DNA of 64,000 nt from the NCBI GenBank assembly GCA_948443805.1, contig CAOJUB010000004.1, positions 13,881 through 77,880 on the forward strand, read 5' to 3'. The notes under the pieces are model-generated. The model was given only the letters and a program-made list of their open reading frames with translations, searched no databases and was not told the DNA's origin. Numbering within the stretch: the stretch's first letter is position 1; each line of letters begins with the position of its first letter. The translations under genes were made by a program, and so were the position numbers. Shown piece by piece: positions 48,013 to 55,851 of this stretch. This DNA comes from an uncultured Clostridia bacterium (lineage in GTDB: Bacteria > Bacillota > Clostridia > Oscillospirales > UBA644).

Positions 48013-49253
48013 CTTACTGTCACCTCCTTGCAATCAGCATGCAAAAACCGATTTCTCACACAGCATAGAATATTCCCGATGATTTTTTTATCGGAAAGCG
48101 CAGTGAACGCAACAGCCGAAGAAAAACGTTTTGCCGAAGAGCAATCGGAATCAATAACAAACAGAACAGATTCCGCAACATCAGGAAGACGGTCGCCGAC
48201 GGATATATGGCTAATCGCAGGATAATCCCATAAAACACAGTCAACCGACTCCGCAATTTTTTTGACCATAGCTTCGGCTTCTTCCCCGTCAGAAGAAAGC
48301 GAGTAGAACAGCGGCTTGCCGATATTTTCTTTCTTCAAAACAAGATCATCAATATTCGTTTTCTGAAAAACAGGGGTCTGCTTCATTGATAAAGTAGCGT
48401 TAGAAACAACTGCGGTCTTTAGTCCTATCCGAGTCAGCGTTTGCGCCAAACAAGAAACAACATCAGACTTAACTTCAGATTTTTCCGCCGAAGCAACAAG
48501 GAAAATTTTTCTGCCGGAAAAAATCTCTGTTTGTATTTGAGCAGCAAAATTATCCAGCCAAAGCGGTATTCCATTTTTCAATTTCAAACAGGACTCCTGA
48601 TCGATTTTTACCTGAAAACCAGCCGAATCCGGAATTAATTCGTCAATATCCGAAAGTTTTTTAATCGCATTTACCGAAGCGGAAAAAATAATCAGAAAAA
48701 GAAAAATCAGGAAAAAGGATATCAGCGGAAAAATCAGATACAAAATTCCGGAGCCGGAACCATTCTGAACCAGGGTGTCCGGGAAATGAATAATTTCCAA
48801 CGCAGATATCGAATTAAAATAACTGGAGATATCAGGATAAGCGGCGATCAATGCGGAAATCGCATGATACGACTGCTCGGGAGAACTCCCCTGCGCGGAA
48901 ATGGTAATCAAACCGCTTTCCTTCTGCAGGGAAAGCGTCATTTTCGGTAATGAATGAAACGGTATTTCCGGGACAAATGACTCCCAGAGAGACTCGTTTT
49001 CCAAAACACTTTTTAAATTTCCGGAAGCCGTTTTGGCGGCAGAATTCGCGGACCAAATATTAGAAACCTGAGAATTGCGATCATAAATCCTGACTGTTGC
49101 GGAATATTCACCGCGATTGGACTGTGACCATCCGTTATTTTCATAAATATAGGCAGCCATCAATCCAAGCAGAACAGAAAGAAGAAGAACCCACCAATTT
49201 TTCCGGATGTCATCCGCAATATTAAGCAAATGAATTTTCAATGTTTTTTTCAT
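48009..49253 (-). CDS. Wzz-type polysaccharide co-polymerase fused to a BY-kinase-like domain with impaired Walker A and no Tyr cluster
   Basis: Wzz-like N-terminus (DIRKNWWVLLLSVLLG) and a second TM. Cytoplasmic domain IFLVASAEKSEVKSD...VDCVLWDYPA...IGNILCCVRN resembles CpsD/CapB order, but Walker A reads AEKSEVKS. ATG 49253 lies 8 nt after GAGGA. Confidence 0.65.
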   Translation of the reverse strand: MKKTLKIHLLNIADDIRKNWWVLLLSVLLGLMAAYIYENNGWSQSNRGEYSATVRIYDRNSQVSNIWSANSAAKTASGNLKSVLENESLWESFVPEIPFHSLPKMTLSLQKESGLITISAQGSSPEQSYHAISALIAAYPDISSYFNSISALEIIHFPDTLVQNGSGSGILYLIFPLISFFLIFLFLIIFSASVNAIKKLSDIDELIPDSAGFQVKIDQESCLKLKNGIPLWLDNFAAQIQTEIFSGRKIFLVASAEKSEVKSDVVSCLAQTLTRIGLKTAVVSNATLSMKQTPVFQKTNIDDLVLKKENIGKPLFYSLSSDGEEAEAMVKKIAESVDCVLWDYPAISHISVGDRLPDVAESVLFVIDSDCSSAKRFSSAVAFTALSDKKIIGNILCCVRNRFLHADCKEVTVR

Positions 49254-49257
49254 ATTC

Positions 49258-50211
49258 TTAATCCTCAACGACTACAGTCAGAACGACCGCCGATTTAAAC
49301 TTTAATTCTTTTAAACCGCTGCCGCTGAATGCGGCTTCAAAAGACGGATAATCATATTTTCCCGTCATATCAGAAAAGACTTCGTTTCGACCCGAAGTGT
49401 CTGTCGCCCATCCGATATTGGAGGTCTCCGGAATATAATAAACAATATGATAAACCGAATCATATTCCGGGTTTCCGACATACAATGTCTGAACTTCTTC
49501 ATAGGGAACCTGCAGATTCAGCTGCGTAACAGTATCATACCGATGAAAGTCTTTTACATAACTCTCAGGATCAACGATATCGCCACGCTTTACATACACA
49601 ATATTGTTCGTCAGAGTCATCACATACCCACTTCCTGACTGGTGACGAACAATAGATTTTAACGGAAGAGTCACAATATCCCCAACGGAATTTTTGACCT
49701 GGATCAAAAGCGTATAGATTCCCGGCGCATCATGATCCATGTCTGTTGTTATAATTTTTGCTTTATAGGAAATATCACCGTCAAAAACGTCCGTAATTTT
49801 CAGCGCATCAACAATATAACCGCTTCCGTCCAAAGAATACAGCAGCGGAAATTTTAAATCAACACGGGGAGAATGATAGCCTTCTATCACAGCATCCACA
49901 GTATACTCTGAAGAAATCCCTTTCTCGTCAAACACAATATAAGTAACTAAAAAGCGTTCCTTTCCTTCTGCTTTTGCAAGACTTTTTATAGATATTTTTT
50001 CGCTGATATCCTTTCCCTTTGAATCAAACGCACGAACACCGCTGAGCAGTTCCTCTCGGTAATTTTCTAAAGAGACAACGATATTTTCCTCATTTTTCTC
50101 AAAAGACGGCGGATTTTTCGACTGCTTTCCGATATTTGTGATCATAAAAAATAATGCGGCAAGAAAAGTTACCGAAAAAAGAACAAGAAACCCTCTACGA
50201 AACCAATGCAT
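49258..50211 (-). CDS. Membrane-anchored protein with Ig-like (DUF5011-type) repeats
   Basis: N-terminal TM anchor. Repeats such as ITDVFDGDISYKAKIITTDMDHDAPGIYTLLIQVKNSVGD. Start at ATG 50211 after GGAGGA. Confidence 0.65.
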   Translation of the reverse strand: MHWFRRGFLVLFSVTFLAALFFMITNIGKQSKNPPSFEKNEENIVVSLENYREELLSGVRAFDSKGKDISEKISIKSLAKAEGKERFLVTYIVFDEKGISSEYTVDAVIEGYHSPRVDLKFPLLYSLDGSGYIVDALKITDVFDGDISYKAKIITTDMDHDAPGIYTLLIQVKNSVGDIVTLPLKSIVRHQSGSGYVMTLTNNIVYVKRGDIVDPESYVKDFHRYDTVTQLNLQVPYEEVQTLYVGNPEYDSVYHIVYYIPETSNIGWATDTSGRNEVFSDMTGKYDYPSFEAAFSGSGLKELKFKSAVVLTVVVED

Positions 50212-50415
50212 AAAATCCTCCATTCAATCTGCCGATAAAAACGGGAAATCCATGAAATTTTATAAAATTCTATTTTGAAATACCCGGATATGGCTTCTCC
50301 CTGAAGAGAATACCCTTCTACCCTGCCTGCTAACCTAATCAAATATTTGCCTGCTCGGAAAAACACCGGCGGCGCAACGCCCTGCTTGGCTAAATAGCCG
50401 AACAATGTTTTTCAC

Positions 50416-50435
50416 AAGAACAACTTGCTGTTCTT
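50416..50435. repeat. 20-bp palindrome copy 1: AAGAACAACTTGCTGTTCTT (one arm mismatch)
   Basis: Read directly. About +100 relative to the predicted start site of the operon leader. Confidence 0.9.
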
Positions 50436-50460
50436 TTCCTACCCATAAATTTCGCACCAG

Positions 50461-50514
50461 AAAAAAGCGGGGATTCGGAACGGATTTTCAACCGAACGGT
50501 TGAAACGCTTTTTT
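50461..50514. promoter_or_regulatory. Symmetric element A6GCG...CGCT6 enclosing hairpin TTTCAACC-GAAC-GGTTGAAA
   Basis: Read directly. On the plus strand the hairpin (50486-50505) is followed at once by CGCTTTTTT, so it is terminator-like and antisense to the operon. Confidence 0.6.
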
Positions 50515-50517
50515 CCC

Positions 50518-50537
50518 AAGAACAGCTTGCTGTTCTT
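50518..50537. repeat. 20-bp perfect palindrome copy 2: AAGAACAGCTTGCTGTTCTT
   Basis: Read directly. It starts 1 nt downstream of the -10 box of the operon promoter, in a candidate operator position. Confidence 0.9.
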
Positions 50538-50538
50538 T

Positions 50539-50567
50539 ATTATACCATATTTGACTTTTTTTGTCAA
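50539..50567 (-). promoter_or_regulatory. Consensus sigma-A promoter TTGACA-17-TGgTATAAT
   Basis: Minus strand reads TTGACA aaaaaagtcaaatatgg TATAAT (17-nt spacer counted by hand). It points at the 49258-50211 gene, about 320 nt away. Confidence 0.7.
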
Positions 50568-50598
50568 CAAAAGCCAAAAGAGAACCCATGCGCTCTCA

Positions 50599-51999
50599 CT
50601 ATTCCTGATGCCACTGTCCGAAAACTGTAAGACAAATTAAACCCGGCTCAATTCCGGCAGGTGAACCGGTAATCCGAAGCCTGATTTCACTGGCAGTCAC
50701 CGTCTCGAACGTTTGATAGTCTATCACATAATCCTCACGGCTATCCGAACGATCAAGAACGGGAAACCATTCCCCATCTAAGGAACGCGCTTCCAGTGTG
50801 TATTGAAAAGCGCCCGGAAGAATTCCGTTGCGGATATCCAGTCCAACATCCCGCCAGATCAGCCGAACCGCAGAAATGTCAGAGCCTGTCTCTGTTAATT
50901 TTACCCGAATCCATGGATTTTTATCCCCGGGAGCAGGCTGCCACCAAGACAACATGCTTTCATCCACCGCATACAGCGGATTGCGTCCGGGAAGACAAGA
51001 CGAAGCCTCTGTTTCATGATGAAAGGTCAGAGGCAGCAGACCGGCGTCGTTCCCCTCTTCCGGATGAGCTACGGTTCCGGGAGCGAACTGCGGCGTTTCA
51101 GTGACGTGCTTCACATAAAGATTTCCGTGTTCATCGATTCCAAGCGGATCCATACCGATCCGCCGCTCTAACTTATAGGAATAACAAAGTACGCAGGTAT
51201 AAAAAGCCCACAGCGTATTTTCCGGACCTTCCACAACACAACCGTGTCCCGGACCTTTAACCAATCCGGCTGTTTTTTTGATAAAAGGACTGCTTTCCAT
51301 ATACGTAAAAGGCCCCAGCGGAGATTTTGCCGTATACGCCCCCATCGCATAAGTAACCCACTCGGTACCGGGTCCGCAATAAGTCAGATAATACGTACCG
51401 TTCCGCTTCAGCATATAAGCGCCTTCAATCCAGCTATGACTAGCGTCCTCATTCCAGTCTCCGACCCGTTCCCAGACATGATCCGGATTATAGGAAAAAA
51501 GCAGTTTCGGCTCAGAAATAAAGTGAGTAGGCTCATCAGAAGCCAGTTCCACGCCGAAAATGCCTTCGCCGCCACAGCCCCAATAAAGATACAGCCGACT
51601 GTCGTCATCCGAAAAAATCATCGGATCGTCAACCCGGTAAATTTTCCCGTCTACGCCGGTAAAAGCGCCAAGTGAAGAAAAAGGCCCTAACGGACTATCC
51701 GAGACCCATAAATCAGCGCTGCATGCCGTCAGATAAAATTTATTTTTATGTTTTACAACTGTTGGCGCATAACCGATATCGTCAAACGGTTCGATTTTAT
51801 GATGTTTCCACGAAACAAAATCCTCACTGTAATACGCCATGCCGCAGGAAGGATACATATACCATTTTCCCCCCTCATAAATCACCGTAGGATCGGCAGT
51901 TTCCCGAAAATCTTCCATTTCATATTCACGGCATCTTCGTCCGATCGGATAATTCGGAAGAGGCAGGGGGTTGCAGTAGGTATTCTGATACTTTTTCAT
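50599..51999 (-). CDS. Glycoside hydrolase family 43 with C-terminal F5/8-type-C (discoidin/CBM32-like) domain, no signal peptide
   Basis: GH43 five-bladed propeller motifs (DPTVIYEGGKWYMY, WAPTV-like, catalytic acidic residues) and a C-terminal discoidin-like ~130 aa. ATG 51999 lies 6 nt after GGAG. Confidence 0.85.
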   Translation of the reverse strand: MKKYQNTYCNPLPLPNYPIGRRCREYEMEDFRETADPTVIYEGGKWYMYPSCGMAYYSEDFVSWKHHKIEPFDDIGYAPTVVKHKNKFYLTACSADLWVSDSPLGPFSSLGAFTGVDGKIYRVDDPMIFSDDDSRLYLYWGCGGEGIFGVELASDEPTHFISEPKLLFSYNPDHVWERVGDWNEDASHSWIEGAYMLKRNGTYYLTYCGPGTEWVTYAMGAYTAKSPLGPFTYMESSPFIKKTAGLVKGPGHGCVVEGPENTLWAFYTCVLCYSYKLERRIGMDPLGIDEHGNLYVKHVTETPQFAPGTVAHPEEGNDAGLLPLTFHHETEASSCLPGRNPLYAVDESMLSWWQPAPGDKNPWIRVKLTETGSDISAVRLIWRDVGLDIRNGILPGAFQYTLEARSLDGEWFPVLDRSDSREDYVIDYQTFETVTASEIRLRITGSPAGIEPGLICLTVFGQWHQE

Positions 52000-52054
52000 A
52001 TCTTTCTCCATTCCGCCGAAATTCGGCGCTTATTTTCCATTCTTTTTCCTATCC

Positions 52055-52083
52055 ATTTTATCACAGAAAAGCAATTCTGTCAA
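52055..52083 (-). promoter_or_regulatory. Sigma-A-type promoter TTGACA-17-TGaTAAAAT
   Basis: Read on the minus strand between the spoIVA terminator and the GH43 gene. Confidence 0.6.
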
Positions 52084-52096
52084 GAAATATTTCTGC

Positions 52097-52138
52097 AAAA
52101 AAAAACCCCCGATATTCCTCTTCAGAAAATATCGGGGG
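52097..52138 (-). terminator. Rho-independent terminator of spoIVA
   Basis: CCCCCGATATT / AATATCGGGGG 11-bp stem followed by T9 on the minus strand. Confidence 0.9.
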
Positions 52139-52144
52139 TAACCG

Positions 52145-53617
52145 TTACAGAATAATGCAGATCAAACCGTTGCTTCCCTCATTAATAATTTTTTCAAGCG
52201 TCTCCCGAACCTTTTCCCTCGCATCGTCCGGCATGTGATACAATTTGCTGTGCAGCCCTTCATTGACCAGCTCGTAAAGCGTCTTGCCAAAAAGGTTACT
52301 GTCCCAGATTTTTTTCGGGTCTTCCTCAAACTCCGTAAGAAGATATTTGACCAGATCCTCCGACTGTTTTTCCGACCCGACAACCGGACTGACCTCCGTC
52401 TCAATTCTTGCCTTGATAATATGATACGACGGCGCCGCCGCTTTCAGCTTAACGCCGAAACGGCTTCCCTGCTTTACAATCTCCGGTTCATCCAGAGAAA
52501 GATCGGAAACTGAAGGCGTTACAATACCATATCCTTTACAGTCCGCTTCGGAAAGCGCATAAGATATTTTATCGAAACTTTCCTTGGATTTTGCCAGAGA
52601 AGAAACCAACGAAATCAAATCCCCATCATCGCCAATAGAAACCCCTGTTTCTTCACTGAGAATTTTATAGAAAAGAGATTTAGGCGACTCAATGACGATA
52701 TCAACCTTTCCCTCCCCCAATGTAACTTCCGACAAATCGCAAAGAGAAACGTTTTCATTTCCGGAAATCGTCTCGATCAGGTCATCTACCTGACGGATTT
52801 TTTTTACCCCTTCCGAACCGGACATAATATCCTCAAAAACCGAAGATTTCAGCCAGTGACTCCGAGGCAGTTTCACCATCCAGTCGGGAAGCGATATACC
52901 AACCTGCCGAATCGGAAATTCGAACAAAACCTGTTCCATAATCTTATGAATTTCCCGTTCTCCCATCGATAAACAATCGGTCGGAATCACGGGAACTCCA
53001 TATTTTTCAGAAAGAGACGCTGAAAGCTGTTTTGCGCTTTCTTCCGCAGGAGAAACCGTATTTAAAAGAACAACGAACGGTTTTTTTATATTTTTCAATT
53101 CATGAATAACCCGTTCTTCCGCTTCCACATAGTTTTCCCTCGGGATTTCACCAATGCTCCCGTCCGTCGTCACAACAATTCCGATTGTCGAGTGCTCACA
53201 GATGACTTTTCTTGTGCCGATTTCCGCAGCGGTATCAAAAGGCAGGGGTTCTTCCGACCATGGGGTGCTGACCATCCGGGGCTGCTCGTTTTCATCGAGC
53301 CCACGTGCACCGGGGACAATAAAACCGACACAGTCGATCAGCCGAACATTGGCTTTTGCATTTTTATCAAAAACCAGCTGTGCCGCCTCATTCGGTATAA
53401 ATTTAGGTTCGGTCGTCATGATTGTTTTACCGGCGGCGCTCTGAGGCAATTCATCCACGGCACGATCCCGGCTGTAATCATCCCCGATTTTCGGAATAAC
53501 AAGCTCTTCCATAAAACGCTTAATAAAAGTAGATTTTCCCGTCCTTACCGGACCGACGACACCAAGATAAATATCTCCCTGCGTCCGGCGAGAAATATCA
53601 GAATAGATGTTTTTCAT
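52145..53617 (-). CDS. spoIVA: Stage IV sporulation protein A (spore coat basement-layer ATPase)
   Basis: N-terminal Walker A GPVRTGKSTFIKRFM and full-length SpoIVA similarity. ATG 53617 lies 7 nt after GGAGG. Confidence 0.96.
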   Translation of the reverse strand: MKNIYSDISRRTQGDIYLGVVGPVRTGKSTFIKRFMEELVIPKIGDDYSRDRAVDELPQSAAGKTIMTTEPKFIPNEAAQLVFDKNAKANVRLIDCVGFIVPGARGLDENEQPRMVSTPWSEEPLPFDTAAEIGTRKVICEHSTIGIVVTTDGSIGEIPRENYVEAEERVIHELKNIKKPFVVLLNTVSPAEESAKQLSASLSEKYGVPVIPTDCLSMGEREIHKIMEQVLFEFPIRQVGISLPDWMVKLPRSHWLKSSVFEDIMSGSEGVKKIRQVDDLIETISGNENVSLCDLSEVTLGEGKVDIVIESPKSLFYKILSEETGVSIGDDGDLISLVSSLAKSKESFDKISYALSEADCKGYGIVTPSVSDLSLDEPEIVKQGSRFGVKLKAAAPSYHIIKARIETEVSPVVGSEKQSEDLVKYLLTEFEEDPKKIWDSNLFGKTLYELVNEGLHSKLYHMPDDAREKVRETLEKIINEGSNGLICIIL

Positions 53618-53706
53618 ACAAAATCCTCCGTACACTCTTCTTTTGATTCATTTATATGAAAACAAAGCTTATTTTATGTTCCGCATTCTCAAATCAGCGC
53701 CGGCAA

Positions 53707-54351
53707 TCACTCACCGGGAAATGATTCCAAAAGGAATTCCGCAATATCATTTTCATAAGAAAATAAATAAGGAGATAAATCGCCGAACATACGGGTAAGC
53801 CAGGATTCCAGCTGATCTTCTCCGTATGTCATGGCAATCAACTGACAGGCCAGAATATAACGGATGGTTTTTTCCGAAAATCCATATATCTCGGGAGAAA
53901 CAAAAATAGTCCCGGATAATTTCCCATAACCGGCAAAAGTACGAACCTTCTTTCGTACCCGTATCTCCGGAATCGATGCCATATCCGGGAATTGCTTCGC
54001 CTGCCTGCTGATAATCTCCGAACAATAATCACGCAGCATGCGGCCGCGCCAAAGCTCAAACATTCTCTGATATTCTTTTGTCCGGCTTCCGCCGTGGGTG
54101 CAGATAATAAACTGATCACCAGTCAGTTCAATCCGACAAAAAGGTCTCTTTTTTAATACAAGATGATATTTTCTCCCCAAAATACGAACCTCGCCGCCAG
54201 GCAGAAGCGAACCGGATTTCCTGCGGCTGTTAATCTGCTTGATTCCAGTCTTAAACTGCCAAAAATGTTGCATCATAAACACATCCCCATTTCCAGCAAA
54301 CCAACGGTTTTCCTTTTTTTCTATTTCCACAACTTCCACAACAATAATCAA
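53707..54351 (-). CDS. DUF45/YgjP-like (M48-related) protein lacking the HExxH motif
   Basis: Order of conserved blocks resembles DUF45 (KYHLVLKK..., IRVRKKVRTFAGYG, TIRYILACQLIAM), but CQLIA sits where HELxH is expected. TTG start in a TTGA overlap, with alternative ATGs at 54276/54273. Confidence 0.6.
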   Translation of the reverse strand: MIIVVEVVEIEKKENRWFAGNGDVFMMQHFWQFKTGIKQINSRRKSGSLLPGGEVRILGRKYHLVLKKRPFCRIELTGDQFIICTHGGSRTKEYQRMFELWRGRMLRDYCSEIISRQAKQFPDMASIPEIRVRKKVRTFAGYGKLSGTIFVSPEIYGFSEKTIRYILACQLIAMTYGEDQLESWLTRMFGDLSPYLFSYENDIAEFLLESFPGE

Positions 54352-55622
54352 GTCAAATAAGCAAAGGTTATGGATAAAATCAGTTTATCCTGATCAAAAT
54401 TAGAATAAATCAATTCTCGATCCAGAGAAGAAAAAGAGGAAGGCAGCGCGGCCAGCATATCAAAAATTGCCTCCTCTGCAAACAGGATCCGCTGGCACTG
54501 TTCGGAAACTTCCGGCGAACTGAACTGAAACGATACTTCAGTATTACCCTCGGCAAGCGCTGTTTGCATCCCCTGATAAAAACAGTCATAATCATAGGTT
54601 TCCAAAAACAGATTGTTGTAACGGTAATAATGATATGTTTCTGCCAAACAATCCGGATAAGCAAGCAAACTGTCAAGCTGATGATCTTTTTCGATTTCTG
54701 CTGTTGTAACAGCAAAATAATCATACCGGAGCATATCCGCTTCTTCGCTTTCGCTGACCGGATCATCCCAGGTTAAGTCAAAATGATAATAATCGCCGTC
54801 GATCTGTACAATATTCCAGGCGTGTCCTTCTTCCCGGCTATCGCCGGTTACATAAAGCGCGTACATCCCCGAGCGGGCAAGCAAATACTGAAAAAGCTTG
54901 GCATAACCGCTGCAAACAATCTGACTCCGGGTAAAAAAACCAAGAATGGAATAAGCGGAAAAATATTCTTTAGGAACGGTATATTTCCCTTTCAAATGGC
55001 TTGGCTGATCGATTTTATCCGCAGCGGCAGAATTATAGGAGGCATGTTCAATAATATAATCATGCAGATATTTGGCTTTCAGATACTCGGTAGGCTGTTT
55101 GGCTGCTTCCGCAAGAATTTTCTGCGATTGCGTTTCTATCAATTCTTTATAAACGGCAACATCCTCCTGTTTCATCAAATAATGAAACTGATACGACCGG
55201 ATACATTTTTTTCCGTTTATCGTAGTGACCCAGTATTCTCCGCACCACTCATCCGCCCAGAAATATTCCGGATGGTCGGAAAAAACAGCATACACAACCA
55301 GATCGAATTCCTCCGGCGTAAAGAAAAATGGTCCGTCTATTTCTTCCGTATAAGCTTCAATACTGCTGCAAAGTATCGAATATAACTCTTTTTGCGATTC
55401 ATTCAATAAAGAATAGGAATAAAAAGCCAGATCGCCGGCTTCTCCACTATAACGGTAATCCGATTTAGGAGGCTCTGGTTCCGAAGCGCCGGACGAAACA
55501 TTTTCCCCCGGGATTTCCGGATGAGAAGGTTCCGGAATAAATTTCCGAAGTACACATCCTGTTGCCTGCCAACAAAAAACAAGAATCAACAACAGAATAA
55601 AAATCCGCTTGATTTTTCCCAT
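54348..55622 (-). CDS. Transglutaminase-like (papain-fold) lipoprotein
   Basis: Lipobox WQATGC. Core triad context CSGYAKLF ... GHAWNIV ... DLTWDD. Confidence 0.8.
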   Translation of the reverse strand: MGKIKRIFILLLILVFCWQATGCVLRKFIPEPSHPEIPGENVSSGASEPEPPKSDYRYSGEAGDLAFYSYSLLNESQKELYSILCSSIEAYTEEIDGPFFFTPEEFDLVVYAVFSDHPEYFWADEWCGEYWVTTINGKKCIRSYQFHYLMKQEDVAVYKELIETQSQKILAEAAKQPTEYLKAKYLHDYIIEHASYNSAAADKIDQPSHLKGKYTVPKEYFSAYSILGFFTRSQIVCSGYAKLFQYLLARSGMYALYVTGDSREEGHAWNIVQIDGDYYHFDLTWDDPVSESEEADMLRYDYFAVTTAEIEKDHQLDSLLAYPDCLAETYHYYRYNNLFLETYDYDCFYQGMQTALAEGNTEVSFQFSSPEVSEQCQRILFAEEAIFDMLAALPSSFSSLDRELIYSNFDQDKLILSITFAYLT

Positions 55623-55681
55623 ACCGGCTTATTCCCCCATTTCTCATCTAAAATAAAAATTTGTTTGTCTTTTCTAAAACC

Positions 55682-55710
55682 ATTATACGTCAAGATTTCT
55701 TTTTTGTCAA
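55682..55710 (-). promoter_or_regulatory. Consensus sigma-A promoter TTGACA-17-TATAAT
   Basis: Minus strand reads TTGACA aaaaagaaatcttgacg TATAAT, upstream of the transglutaminase-like gene. Confidence 0.65.
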
Positions 55711-55772
55711 GATGCCTATCGGTAAGACAATTTTAGATATCCGAAAAAAAGGAAAATTTTCGAAAAAAGTCC

Positions 55773-55801
55773 TTGACTTATCCGGTTCGATTCTATATAA
55801 T
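55773..55801 (+). promoter_or_regulatory. Sigma-A-type promoter TTGACT-17-TATAAT
   Basis: Read directly, about 50 nt upstream of the sugar-phosphate isomerase gene. Divergent from the previous promoter. Confidence 0.65.
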
Positions 55802-55851
55802 ATAGTATGAAAAATCTCGGATAAAACATCCGTCACCGAAAGGAAACAACT

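Noticed and set aside
50169-50405. 78-aa ORF inside the operon leader, overlapping the start of the Ig-like gene
   Set aside because: It has no RBS and is out of frame with the well-supported downstream start at 50211 (GGAGGA). The peptide has no recognisable features. The region is better explained as an untranslated leader.
50416-50537. The twin palindromes as LexA (Cheo/DinR) boxes, because they contain GAAC…GTTC
   Set aside because: The Firmicute SOS box is GAAC-N4-GTTC. Here GAAC and GTTC are separated by 8 nt and the conserved flanks differ, so this is not an SOS operator.
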